Shown here piece by piece: positions 17,575 to 27,900 of a stretch of 49,788 nucleotides of DNA. Origin of the DNA: Escherichia phage LL5. The stretch is taken from the sequence record NC_047985.1; one strand, written 5' to 3'. Below the pieces are notes generated by a model. The model made no database searches. It had not been told where the DNA came from and saw only the letters and a program-made list of their open reading frames with translations. Positions within the stretch are counted from its first letter, which is position 1; every line of letters starts with the position of its first letter. The position numbers and the translations under genes are program-made.

Positions 17575-18087
17575 ATTATCTGTTGCGGCAAGAATGGCGC
17601 TGGCTCAAGAATACGAAAGCGAATATATGATCGCTTATGAAAACGTTGAATTTACTCCACCAAAAGGCGGAGGCATTTGGCTTAAATATGACTACAAAGA
17701 AGCAGATACAATAATTCATGATCTGAAAAGGAAATGCATTAGCTATATTGGAATGGTTCAGATCGGAATTGAATTCCCGCCAGGCTCAGGAATTGATAAG
17801 GCTCGCAAGCTGGCAAAAAATATTGCTGATTTCTTTGAAGATGGTAAAATGATCTGAAAAGGAAATGCATTAGCTATATTGGAATGGTTCAGATCGGAAT
17901 TGAATTCCCGCCAGGCTCAGGAATTGATAAGGCTCGCAAGCTGGCAAAAAATATTGCTGATTTCTTTGAAGATGGTAAAATGCTTGCGAATGGTTATATT
18001 TCAGAAGGTGCAAAAGTGCATCCAGTTCAGAAATCAGAATCAGGCTGGTTTTATCCAGTACGTTTTTATGTTCGTTATGATGGTTAA
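17564..18087 (+). pseudogene. tail terminator-like gene split by a perfect 131-bp tandem duplication
   Basis: ORFs 17564-17857 and 17884-18087 share MVQIGIEFPPGSGIDKARKLAKNIADFFEDGKM; removing one copy restores a 130-aa ORF. Confidence 0.6.
17718..17982 (+). repeat. perfect 131-bp direct tandem duplication (2 copies plus shared ATG)
   Basis: 17718-17848 identical to 17849-17979 by eye. Confidence 0.9.
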
Positions 18088-18101
18088 TAAAGGGGGCTAT
18101 T

Positions 18102-18764
18102 ATGCACTTACCTAACGGATCACAGATTTTTATTGAAAACACGCGCGGCGTGTCAGTAAGCGCAACCAACGTAAGCAATGCAACAAAACCGGAATTTACG
18201 CTTGAAAGCGGCGGTGATGGATTCCAGAAAGGTGATTACATTATCGTTACCTCCTCAAGTTGGGGTAAATTGCTTGATCGCGTTCTGCGTGTGACGGCGG
18301 CTGAATCAACTAAGGTTACTGTTGAAGGTATCGACACAACCGATACTAACGTTTTTCCGGCTGGATCTGTAACTGCGAGCTTTGCGAAAATAAACGGTTG
18401 GACAGAGATCCCATGCGTACAGGACTTGGGGCAGGACGGCGGCGAGCAACAGTATTACAATTACCAGTGCTTGAACGATGACCAGGAGCAGCAGTTACCA
18501 ACCTATAAAAGCGCGGTATCACTGACTTACACATTTGCGCATGAATACGATAACCCGATTTATCCGCTATTGCGTAAGGCTGACGAATCCGGCGACGTTA
18601 AAGCATTGCGCATGTATGTACCAAAAGCGAAAGAAATGCGCCTTTGGGCAGGTGTGCTTTCCTTCAACGAGATCCCACAAACGGCGGTAAACGAAATGGA
18701 AACCGTTTCTTTGTCGGTGTCCCTGAAAGGTCGCTTTACTTTCCTCCCTGCTAACCAGGATTAA
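18102..18764 (+). CDS. major tail protein
   Basis: 220 aa immediately upstream of G/G-T chaperone and tape measure; GGGGG SD; terminator follows. Confidence 0.65.
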   Translation: MHLPNGSQIFIENTRGVSVSATNVSNATKPEFTLESGGDGFQKGDYIIVTSSSWGKLLDRVLRVTAAESTKVTVEGIDTTDTNVFPAGSVTASFAKINGWTEIPCVQDLGQDGGEQQYYNYQCLNDDQEQQLPTYKSAVSLTYTFAHEYDNPIYPLLRKADESGDVKALRMYVPKAKEMRLWAGVLSFNEIPQTAVNEMETVSLSVSLKGRFTFLPANQD

Positions 18765-18770
18765 TATTAA

Positions 18771-18795
18771 GGGGCGCATTGCGTCCCTTTTTTAT
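18771..18795 (+). terminator. rho-independent terminator after major tail gene
   Basis: GGGGCGC..GCGTCCC then TTTTTT. Confidence 0.6.
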
Positions 18796-18841
18796 TTGAT
18801 GTAATATCACCTCAATATTTAACCACTCAGGAGAAATGACA

Positions 18842-19156
18842 ATGGCTAAAATGAAATTGACTCTTGCCCCGCTTCCAGATTTCAAACTTCCAGTTAAATT
18901 TGTATTGCCGGATGGTAACGAGCAAAAAATTGTGTTTACCGTTAAGCATAAAAAGGCCAGCGAGATTCAAGAGCTTTACCAGAAAGAAGGTATTAAAGAT
19001 CCTGAATTCATCATGAATGTTGCCGTGGGTTGGGATCTGGAGGAAGAATTCAACGAAGAAAACGCGCAACTGTTAGTTGATTATTATCCTGGCGCGGCGC
19101 TGGCTCTTATGGGATCTTATTTAAGTGCGCTGGCAGGGCAACGCGTAAAAAACTAA
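18842..19156 (+). CDS. tail assembly chaperone G
   Basis: 104 aa ORF upstream of tape measure; AGGAG SD; ends just after slippery site. Confidence 0.7.
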   Translation: MAKMKLTLAPLPDFKLPVKFVLPDGNEQKIVFTVKHKKASEIQELYQKEGIKDPEFIMNVAVGWDLEEEFNEENAQLLVDYYPGAALALMGSYLSALAGQRVKN

Positions 19157-19190
19157 AACGGGCGGTTTATCTGTATTATCAGAAACCGCC
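19147..19190 (+). other. candidate -1 programmed frameshift site with stimulatory hairpin
   Basis: heptamer AAAAAAC in X_XXY_YYZ register of G; GGCGGTTT/AAACCGCC 8-bp stem. Confidence 0.55.
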
Positions 19191-19473
19191 GACAGACGCA
19201 GAATTGCAAGCCGTAGGATTAACACGCGCAGACTATGAAGGAGAAGATCCGCCAGAGGTCATATTTGATGAAAGTATGATGCAATCATGGGATATATTTT
19301 GCGCGATGGGTACACAGTGGCGTAGTGCTGGCGCTGGTGCTTACGGTTTTGATTATAATGTTTTGCCTATGTTATTCAGAATCTATAAAATAGACGATGA
19401 AGAAATGGCCTTAAATGACTTGCGCATCATGGAACAAAAAGCACTGGAAATGATGCAAGCAAATAACAAATAA
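19147..19473 (+). CDS. T-frame extension of G-T fusion (-1 frame, no own start)
   Basis: -1 frame open from slippery heptamer A_AAA_AAC (19147-19153) to 19473; stem-loop 19161-19190 lies 7 nt downstream. Confidence 0.6.
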   Translation, partial: KKLKRAVYLYYQKPPTDAELQAVGLTRADYEGEDPPEVIFDESMMQSWDIFCAMGTQWRSAGAGAYGFDYNVLPMLFRIYKIDDEEMALNDLRIMEQKALEMMQANNK

Positions 19474-19497
19474 AGCGCCTACGGGCGCTTTTTTTAT
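19474..19497 (+). terminator. hairpin plus T-tract before tape measure
   Basis: GCGCC-TACG-GGCGC then 7 T. Confidence 0.6.
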
Positions 19498-19510
19498 GAG
19501 GGTAAAATAT

Positions 19511-22420
19511 ATGGCTGAACAATTTGCAGGTTTAACACTTGGCGTTAACGTCGAGCAGTTAAACAGGGCTGTAAAGTCATTGCAGGACTTTAAAAAAGCA
19601 AACGACGAAGCAAAGAAAGGCGTTGAGAGCTTTGTTAATGAGGAAGAAATTGCAAAGCAAAGAGCAAAACAATTAGCTGATGAATTGGCGAAACAGAGCC
19701 GTGAATTTAAACGCATTCAGGACACTGTTGATCCGACAGCGGCGAAAATGCGCAAGCTATCTCAGGCAGCAAGAGATCTTGATAAGCTATGGCAAAAGGG
19801 CCTTGTTCCCGATGAAACGTTTTTCCAGTTGGGGAGTATGCTGGAAACTCAGATCAGTAAGCTGGAGCGTAATAAAAAGGCGTTAACGGAAGAAGGCCGC
19901 GCAGCACTTGAGGAATCAAAAGCCAAAGATAAAGCAGCGTTAGCCGGAAAAACTTTCCTTGCGGATCTGGAATCGCAAGCAGCCGCTCTTGGCAAAACAA
20001 AAGCCGAATTACTGGAAATGAAAGCGGCGCAACTTGGCGTAAGTGCTCAGGCAGCGCCATTCATTGCACAGCTTAAAGCGCAAGAAAAACAGATGAATTT
20101 AACCGGAATTAGCGCAGGGCAATATAACCAGGCAATGCGAATGCTTCCGGCTCAGATCACTGACGTTGTAACGTCGCTGGCTTCCGGTATGCCTGTTTGG
20201 TTGGTTGCAATCCAGCAGGGTGGACAGATTAAAGATTCTTTCGGCGGCGTTGGTAATACGTTTAAAGTGCTGTTGTCGTTTCTGAATCCGGTAAACGTTG
20301 GCCTTGCCGCATTAGCCGTTTCAATGGGTGCTCTTGTTAAGGCTGGTTATGATGCGTATAAGTCGCAACGTGACTTGCAAGAGGCGTTGGTGCTGACTGG
20401 TGGCTATGCTGGCACAAGCGGCGCACAGTTCGATAAGCTGGCGCAGGACATTAATAACAGCACTGATGCGACGATAGGAAGCATCCGATCCATCGCAACA
20501 GAGCTTGCAAAATCCGGCAAATTCACGATTGATCAGATTAAATCGATCACAAAGACTACCGCTCAGTGGTCAACGGTAACGGGTGAATCAAGCGACAAGA
20601 TAACCGATTACTTTAATAAGATTGCTGGCGATCCGGTTAAAGGTCTTGCAGAGCTAAACGAGCAATTCAACTTTTTAAGCGAAGGGCAGTTAACTTATAT
20701 TGCAGACCTGGAGGAAACGAAAGGAAAAACGGAAGCAGTGACGGCGGCGACAAAGTTATTTGCTGATGTTATGGATCAGAGATTAGCTAAACTGGCAGAC
20801 TCCGCAACGCCATTAGAAAAGATGTGGACGAACATTAAAAAATGGGCGTCAGATGCATGGGGTTGGGTTGGAGATCACACGCTGGCGGCGCTTAACCTGA
20901 TTATTGACGTTGTAGCCGGAACCGTTGAGCAGGTTCGTTACTTGCTTAATCAGGGTGATATTCTCATTGGTGAGTTTATCGTGTCTGCAACAAAGGCTAT
21001 GCAAAAAATACCTGGTCTTGATGGAGTTGGTGATTCAGTAATTGCACAGCAGCAACAGATCATTAATAAATCAAAAGAGCAAAACAAAGAGCTATTAAAA
21101 TCAATTGCCGAACGTAACGAGCGAGTCAAAAAAGGCGAGCAGGGTTACATTGACATGATAAAAAATCGTGCGGCGGTTGAACAGCAATATGCTACTAAAA
21201 CAAAGGATAATATCAGGAAGGAAGCCGAGGAATTAGCCAAACGCGATAAAAAGCAAAAGGCTGAAAAAGTTAAGGTATCGGCTGGCGATAAGCTGGAAGA
21301 ACAATATCAGCGTGATATCCTGGCGTTAGAAACTCAATTAAGAGTTTTGAAAGAGCACAAGACGATCACAGATACCATAAGCCAGCAACGTAAATCTTTA
21401 TGGGCTGAACAAGCTAAAATTCAGATTTTGCAAGAAGCCTCAACAAAACGGCAACTTACTGATGAAGAAAAAAGCATTTTAGCCAACAAAGATAAGATCC
21501 TAGCGATGGCTGAACAAAAAGCTATTTTAGGAGATCAGATTGTTGCACAAACGCGCCTTAATCAGTTGCAAGATAGCTCAATCAAGTTTATCCAGCAGCA
21601 GAAAGCAGCAACAGAAGCACTAGCCAAAACCAGAGGGTTAAGTGAACGTGAAGCAGCAAGAGCGGCGGAACGTGCAAAGGTTGAGGCTGATTATCTTGCC
21701 AAAGGAGGCAAGGAAGGAGATCCGCAACTTAAAGCCATGATGGATGCCTTAGACAACCGCTATAAAGAGGAAGATGATAAACGCGCTGATTGGTTAGCTG
21801 GCGCTAAAAATGCCTTTGCGGAGTATGGCGAGGAAGCAATGAACATGTATGATAATATCGGCAACATTGCGAGCCAGGCGCTAAACGGCCTATCGCAACA
21901 AATGGCTGATTTTTTGACTACTGGACAAGCCAACTTTAAAGACTTTGCAAAATCGATCATTAGCCTTATTGTTCAGATGATCACAAAGATGGTTATCTTC
22001 AATAGCATTTCCGGCATGATGGGCGGCTCAACATGGACGCTTGGAAGCCTTTTAAGCGGTGCTGGTTTTTCTGGCGGCGGTTATACTGGCGACGGTGGCA
22101 AATATGATCCGGCTGGAGTTGTTCATAAAGGTGAGTTTGTTTTTACCAAAGAGGCAACGCAAAGGATCGGAGCCAAAAACCTGTATCGCATGATGCGAGG
22201 TTATGCAAACGGCGGTCAAGTAGGAAGCGTGACAACTGGCGGCGCTGGCATCAATCGCGGTGCATCGCAATTTGCATTTGGTGATATCAACGTTAACATT
22301 GACAACGGTCAAGATCCAAAAGGGATGGAAACTGGTATTAAGATGATTTTCACCGAAATGATTCAACGTTCATGCTCGCAAGGTGGCGAGGTTTATAATT
22401 TTGTTCATGGGAGGGCTTAA
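19511..22420 (+). CDS. tail tape measure protein
   Basis: 969 aa, coiled-coil-rich with internal hydrophobic segments; GAGGG SD. Confidence 0.85.
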   Translation: MAEQFAGLTLGVNVEQLNRAVKSLQDFKKANDEAKKGVESFVNEEEIAKQRAKQLADELAKQSREFKRIQDTVDPTAAKMRKLSQAARDLDKLWQKGLVPDETFFQLGSMLETQISKLERNKKALTEEGRAALEESKAKDKAALAGKTFLADLESQAAALGKTKAELLEMKAAQLGVSAQAAPFIAQLKAQEKQMNLTGISAGQYNQAMRMLPAQITDVVTSLASGMPVWLVAIQQGGQIKDSFGGVGNTFKVLLSFLNPVNVGLAALAVSMGALVKAGYDAYKSQRDLQEALVLTGGYAGTSGAQFDKLAQDINNSTDATIGSIRSIATELAKSGKFTIDQIKSITKTTAQWSTVTGESSDKITDYFNKIAGDPVKGLAELNEQFNFLSEGQLTYIADLEETKGKTEAVTAATKLFADVMDQRLAKLADSATPLEKMWTNIKKWASDAWGWVGDHTLAALNLIIDVVAGTVEQVRYLLNQGDILIGEFIVSATKAMQKIPGLDGVGDSVIAQQQQIINKSKEQNKELLKSIAERNERVKKGEQGYIDMIKNRAAVEQQYATKTKDNIRKEAEELAKRDKKQKAEKVKVSAGDKLEEQYQRDILALETQLRVLKEHKTITDTISQQRKSLWAEQAKIQILQEASTKRQLTDEEKSILANKDKILAMAEQKAILGDQIVAQTRLNQLQDSSIKFIQQQKAATEALAKTRGLSEREAARAAERAKVEADYLAKGGKEGDPQLKAMMDALDNRYKEEDDKRADWLAGAKNAFAEYGEEAMNMYDNIGNIASQALNGLSQQMADFLTTGQANFKDFAKSIISLIVQMITKMVIFNSISGMMGGSTWTLGSLLSGAGFSGGGYTGDGGKYDPAGVVHKGEFVFTKEATQRIGAKNLYRMMRGYANGGQVGSVTTGGAGINRGASQFAFGDINVNIDNGQDPKGMETGIKMIFTEMIQRSCSQGGEVYNFVHGRA

Positions 22421-22767
22421 TGTTAGATGAATTTACCTGGTGTACGCAGATTCAGAGCGGCGGCGGTGTAATGACAACTACCAATAACGACAGGGAAGTT
22501 GTTTTTGGTAACGGTTATCGCCAAAAGGCATCTTCTGGATTTAACACGGAGCGGAGGGAGTTTTCTATTGTTTACGCTGGAACTGATTATAAAAAAGTGA
22601 AAGCGTTCATGACGGATCACAGATTAAAGCCTTTCTTGTGGAGGATGCCGGATGGTGATTTAGGTTTGTTTACGGTTAAAGCTGGAACGGTAGGGCTAAC
22701 GCCAATAAGCCCAACCGCTCAGGAAGTCAAAGCAACTTTTACGGAAGAATTTACATCCATGCGATAA
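22420..22767 (+). CDS. minor tail protein (lambda gpM-like)
   Basis: FGNGYRQKA and LKPFLWRMP resemble lambda M FGDGYSQRA / WKSFLWTPP. Confidence 0.8.
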   Translation: MLDEFTWCTQIQSGGGVMTTTNNDREVVFGNGYRQKASSGFNTERREFSIVYAGTDYKKVKAFMTDHRLKPFLWRMPDGDLGLFTVKAGTVGLTPISPTAQEVKATFTEEFTSMR

Positions 22768-22772
22768 ATCAA

Positions 22773-22797
22773 AGCCGCCATTGTGCGGCTTTTTTAT
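22773..22797 (+). terminator. hairpin plus T-tract between M-like and L-like genes
   Basis: AGCCGC-CATTGT-GCGGCT then TTTTT. Confidence 0.55.
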
Positions 22798-22834
22798 TGT
22801 GTCTATAATGGTGCTTTATTGGAGGGCATATAAT

Positions 22835-23593
22835 ATGGCTGAAAAACAGATCAAAAAGACTTTTGAAAATTGTCTGCAATCGCTTTTCCCTGGTGAAATA
22901 ATTACGCTTGTTGAGGTTGACGGCACAAAATTTGGTGCGCAGGTTTACCGCTTTCATGCTGAAAATATCGCGTACACTCCAGAGGAATTAATGCAAGCGC
23001 GTGAAACTGGAATATTGCCGCCGAAAGATATTAAATTTCGTGGCGAGGTTTACGGGGCGCGGCCTTTTGGGATTACTGGTATTGGCTTTACAAGTAACGG
23101 AAAGGCAGAGAAACCACAATTAGCGCTTTCAAATTTAGATAGCCGCGTATCTGCATTAATCAGATCATATAATGGAATGATGCAAGCCAAAGTAACAATT
23201 TGGGTTACATCGGCTGATTTAATTGATGAAGAAGGAAACGTGGAGGACGGCGCATATAGAAAGTTGGTTTATTATATTGAGCGTCCGAATTTTGTTAATC
23301 AGACGGTTGCACGTTTTGAATTAACATCACCTTATGACATGGACGGAATCATGATCCCGCCACGACTCACGCAAAGCGTTTGTTATTGGGCGCAAATGGG
23401 ATGGTATAGAAGCGGGAAAGGTTGCGGATATAACGGATCGGCAATGTTCGATAAAGATAATAATCCGGTAACAGATCCGAGCAAGGATTATTGCGCCGGA
23501 ACAGTGACAGCTTGTAAATTGCGCTTTGGCGCTCAAAATGAATTAGATTTCGGCGGTTGCGCAGTTGCATCACTATTGAGGAAAAATCAATGA
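22835..23593 (+). CDS. minor tail protein (lambda gpL-like)
   Basis: Cys-rich C-terminus CYWAQMGWYRSGKGCGY...CKLRF...FGGC as in lambda L. Confidence 0.85.
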   Translation: MAEKQIKKTFENCLQSLFPGEIITLVEVDGTKFGAQVYRFHAENIAYTPEELMQARETGILPPKDIKFRGEVYGARPFGITGIGFTSNGKAEKPQLALSNLDSRVSALIRSYNGMMQAKVTIWVTSADLIDEEGNVEDGAYRKLVYYIERPNFVNQTVARFELTSPYDMDGIMIPPRLTQSVCYWAQMGWYRSGKGCGYNGSAMFDKDNNPVTDPSKDYCAGTVTACKLRFGAQNELDFGGCAVASLLRKNQ

Positions 23594-24312
23594 TTAACGC
23601 AAAAATTAAACTTGAAATTATGCGCCATGCAAATGACGTTTATCCTAATGAATGTTGCGGCCTGGTAACTCAAAAATCACGCGTACAGAAATATCACCGG
23701 ATCGACAACGTAAGCAAGGAGCCGGAAAAGCATTTTGAAATGGACGCGGAACAATATGCAGAAGTTGAGGACGGCGGAGCAGATATCATCGCGATAGTTC
23801 ATAGCCATACAGGGGAGGGAGCAACCACAATCCCTAGCGCACACGATTTGTGCATGTGTGATGAAACTGGTGTTTCTTGGGTTATAGTTTCGATACCAGA
23901 AGGAGACATGAGAATCATAGAGCCACAATCACGACCTTTGATTGGTCGCCCCTGGTCGCTTGGCGCTTATGATTGTTGGGGGCTTATTATGGCCTGGCAT
24001 AAAGAGCAAGGCGTGATCCTGAATGATTTTCGCAAGCCGTATGAATGGTGGAAGCCGGAACATGGTGAAAACCTTTATCAAGATAATTACTTGAAAGAAG
24101 GTTTTATAGAAACAGGAGAGCCACCAAAGCCAGGTGATATGATCATAATGCAGTTGCAAGCGCCAGTATGGAACCACGCCGGAATTTATTTAGGCAACAA
24201 TCAACTATTGCATCATGCATTCGGCAAGTTGTCGCGAGTTGATTTATATTCTGGATGGTATCAGGAACACACAACAATGATTTGCAGACATAAGGATCTG
24301 AAAAATGAATAA
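23590..24312 (+). CDS. tail assembly protein (lambda gpK-like; JAMM/MPN plus NlpC/P60)
   Basis: JAMM motif HSHTGEGATTIPSAHD; Cys-His pair CWGLIMAWH. Confidence 0.85.
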   Translation: MINAKIKLEIMRHANDVYPNECCGLVTQKSRVQKYHRIDNVSKEPEKHFEMDAEQYAEVEDGGADIIAIVHSHTGEGATTIPSAHDLCMCDETGVSWVIVSIPEGDMRIIEPQSRPLIGRPWSLGAYDCWGLIMAWHKEQGVILNDFRKPYEWWKPEHGENLYQDNYLKEGFIETGEPPKPGDMIIMQLQAPVWNHAGIYLGNNQLLHHAFGKLSRVDLYSGWYQEHTTMICRHKDLKNE

Positions 24313-24904
24313 GGTTATCAACGTAAAATTATCAGGCTCATTAGGTCGCCGCTTTGGTGTTTTCCATAAATACGCCGTTGAGAGTTGGCCTGAATGCGTA
24401 AGGGCATTATCAAGCCAGGTTGAAGGATTCAAAGAATTTATGCAAAGTGAAATCGGATCAAAGATGAAATTTGCAATTTTCGTTGATGGTAAAAATGTTG
24501 GCCTGAATAATGATAGCGCATGGCGTTGCGCTCGTGAGGTTAGGATTGTTCCAGTTCCAACCGGTTCAAAATCTGGAGGTTTATTTCAAGTTGTATTAGG
24601 AGCTGTAATTATGGTTGCTGCATTCTATACTGGTGGCGCTTCACTTGCTGCAATGGGGGCTTTTTCTTCATCGGCTTTTATGATGGGCGGTGCTATGGTT
24701 CTTGGCGGAGTAATGCAGATGATTAGCCCACAACAAGGAGGAATGAGGATGGAGAGCCAAAGCGCAGCAAATAAACCATCATATGCGTTTGGTGGTGCTG
24801 TTAATACTACGGCGGCAGGTTATCCGGTATGTTTGCCATATGGTTATAGAACGGTTGGCGGCGCTGTATTCAGTGCTGGCTCATACGCAGAAGATAAACT
24901 TTAA
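24305..24904 (+). CDS. tail assembly protein (lambda gpI-like)
   Basis: 199 aa, Gly/Ala-rich hydrophobic C-terminal half; position between K-like and J-like. Confidence 0.75.
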   Translation: MNKVINVKLSGSLGRRFGVFHKYAVESWPECVRALSSQVEGFKEFMQSEIGSKMKFAIFVDGKNVGLNNDSAWRCAREVRIVPVPTGSKSGGLFQVVLGAVIMVAAFYTGGASLAAMGAFSSSAFMMGGAMVLGGVMQMISPQQGGMRMESQSAANKPSYAFGGAVNTTAAGYPVCLPYGYRTVGGAVFSAGSYAEDKL

Positions 24905-24912
24905 TTATATAA

Positions 24913-24936
24913 ACCCGCCGTTGCGCGGGTTTTTTG
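24913..24936 (+). terminator. hairpin plus T-tract before J-like gene
   Basis: ACCCGC-CGTTGC-GCGGGT then TTTTT. Confidence 0.6.
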
Positions 24937-24985
24937 TTACATGTACAATGGCAGCACGTTTAAATAGCATAAAAGGTTAAAAGCT

Positions 24986-27900
24986 ATGATCAAAAATATG
25001 ATAACTGGCAGTAAGGGCGGTTCTTCAAAGCCTCATACACCTGTTGAAATGGAAGATAACCTAATTTCAATCAACAGGATCAGAATTCTTTTAGCCGTTT
25101 CTGATGGTGAAGTTGATCCAAACTTTTCATTGAAAGATTTATATTTTGATGACGTTCCGGTTATGAATCAGGATGGTTCACTAAACTTTCAGAATGTTAA
25201 GGCAGAATTCAGACCAGGGACGCAAACGCAGGATTATATTCAGGGCTTTACTGATACAGCCAGCGAAGTTACGGTTGCTCGCGATCTGACAGCCGCAACG
25301 CCTTATATTATTTCTGTTACCAATAAAAACATTTCTGCGATCCGTATTAAAATTTTAATGCCTCGCGGGGTTACTCAGGAAGATAACGGAGATCTAACAG
25401 GCGTTCGCGTTGAATATGCTGTTGATATGGCTGTTGATGGTGCTGAATATAAAGAGGTTTTGCATGATGTAATTGAAGGTAAAACAATGAGCGGTTACGA
25501 CAGAAGCCGCAGAATTGATTTACCTGCTTTCAATGATCGTGTTTTATTGCGCGTCCGTCGCATGACAGATAGCACGTCAGCAAGGGTTACGGATTTGATT
25601 AAGATGCAGAGCTACGCAGAAGTAGTAGACGCTAAGTTTCGTTATCCCCTGACTGGTTTAGTTTACGTTGAGTTTGACAGTGAATTATTCCCTAATGATT
25701 TGCCGAATATAAGCATTAAAAAGAAATGGAAAATCATTAATGTTCCGTCTAATTACGATCCGATTAGCCGCACATATTCAGGCTCTTGGGATGGAACTTG
25801 GAAAAAGGCATGGAGCAATAACCCTGCTTTTGTTCTGTATGATTTAATCACCAATCAGCGTTACGGACTCGACCAACGAGAATTAGGCATTGCGATTGAT
25901 AAGTGGAGTATTTACGAATGTGCGCAATATTGCGATCAGATGGTTCCAGATGGCAATGGTGGAACAGAGCCGCGCTATCTATGCGACGTTGTGATCCAGA
26001 GCCAGGTAGAAGCGTATCAGCTTGTGCGTGATATTTGTTCAATCTTCCGTGGCATGAGCTTTTGGAATGGTGAGAGCCTTTCAATCGTGATCGATAAGCC
26101 TCGCGATGCGTCATACATCTTTACTAATGACAACGTTGTTAACGGTGAATTCACTTACACGTTTGCCAGCGAAAAAAGCATGTACACGCAATGCAACGTG
26201 ACTTTCGACGACGAACAAAACATGTATCAACAGGATGTTGAGGGAGTTTTCGAAACGGAGGCGGCGTTACGCTTTGGCTATAACAGCACGTCAATTACTG
26301 CGATTGGATGCACACGACGCAGCGAAGCCAACCGCCGTGGGCGATGGATTTTAAAAACCAACGTCAAGAGCACAACGGTAAACTTTGCTACAGGTCTGGA
26401 AGGTATGATCCCAACAGTAGGCGATGTGATTGTTGTATCTGATAACTTTTGGTCAAGCGCTCTAACGCTGAATCTATCAGGTCGCGTGATGGAGGTTAGC
26501 GGGTTGCAGGTGTTCACGCCGTTTAAGGTAGACGCAAGAGCAGGTGATCGAATTCTGGTAAATAAGCCGGATGGTAAGCCAGTTGGTAGAACCATTGCGC
26601 GTGTGAGTGATGACGGTAAAACGCTAACGCTAAACACGACATTTGGTTTTGACGTTCAGCCGGATACCATTTTTGCAATTGAGCGAACCGATATTGCACA
26701 GCAACGATATGTTGTAACAGGAATCACTAATGGTGACGGTGATGAAGAATTTACCTACAACATAACGGCTGTTGAATACGATCCGAACAAATACGATGAA
26801 ATTGATTATGGCGTAAACATTGATGACCGTCCGACTTCAATCGTGCAGCCTGACATTTTGCCAGCACCGAAAAACGTCAAGATCGAATCTTATTCGCGAG
26901 TTGTCCAGGGCACGAGCGTGGAAACAATGCATGTTTCATGGGATAAGGTTGAATATGCAAGCCTTTATGAAATGCAGTGGAGAAAAGACAATGGCAACTG
27001 GAACAACACGCCGCGCACAGCCAACAAGGAAACGGAAGTTGAAGGAATTTACGCGGGTAACTATCACGTAAGGGTTAGATCTGTTGCAGCTAATGGTTCA
27101 GCGTCTGGATGGTCAGCCATTGTAAGCGCCGGATTAACTGGCAAGGTTGGCGAACCGGAAAGGCCAATTAACCTTACTGCGTCTGACAATGAAGTTTTCG
27201 GAATTCGCGTAAAATGGGGTATGCCAGAAGGAAGCGGAGACACGGCATATATTGAGTTGCATCAAGCGCCAAACGGTTCTGATGGTCATCCTATTGTTGA
27301 TGAAGCAACGCTCTTAACGCTGATACCGTTCCCGCAATATGAGTATTGGCATTCAATACTGCCAGCGGGTCATGTTGTCTGGTACAAGGCAAGGGCAGTT
27401 GACAAAATCGGTAACGTTTCTGATTGGACTGATTTTGTGCGCGGCATGGCTTCCGACGATACGAGCATTATCACGGATCATATTAAGGTCGATATTGAAA
27501 ATTCTGATGGCTATAAGTGGTTGCAGGAAAACGCAATAAAGGCCAATGATAAGATCCACAGCACAGCGGAATCAGTGATTGAAAACGCATTAGCTAATGA
27601 TAAAGATGTTCGACGTATGCGAGTTGAAAACGGCAAGCGTAAAGCGGAGTTCTTGCAATCGCTGAAACTCATTGCAGACGAAACAGAAGCTAGGGTAACA
27701 CAGGTCACTCAAATGAGTGCGCAATTTGACGAGAAATTAACGGCTCAAAATAGCGAATTGAGAGAGGTTATTGCTAACAGCACAGAAACCATTAGCCAAA
27801 GGATTGATCAGCTTACAGCCACATTTGAGAGTGAAATTGATGGTGTTAAGCAGGATATCAAAGCGCAGATAACTGATGTTAACAAGGCAATTACCAATGA

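Noticed and set aside
17879-18115. 78-aa ORF in an alternative frame across the 131-bp duplication
   Set aside because: It is a by-product of the duplication-induced frame change and has no Shine-Dalgarno.
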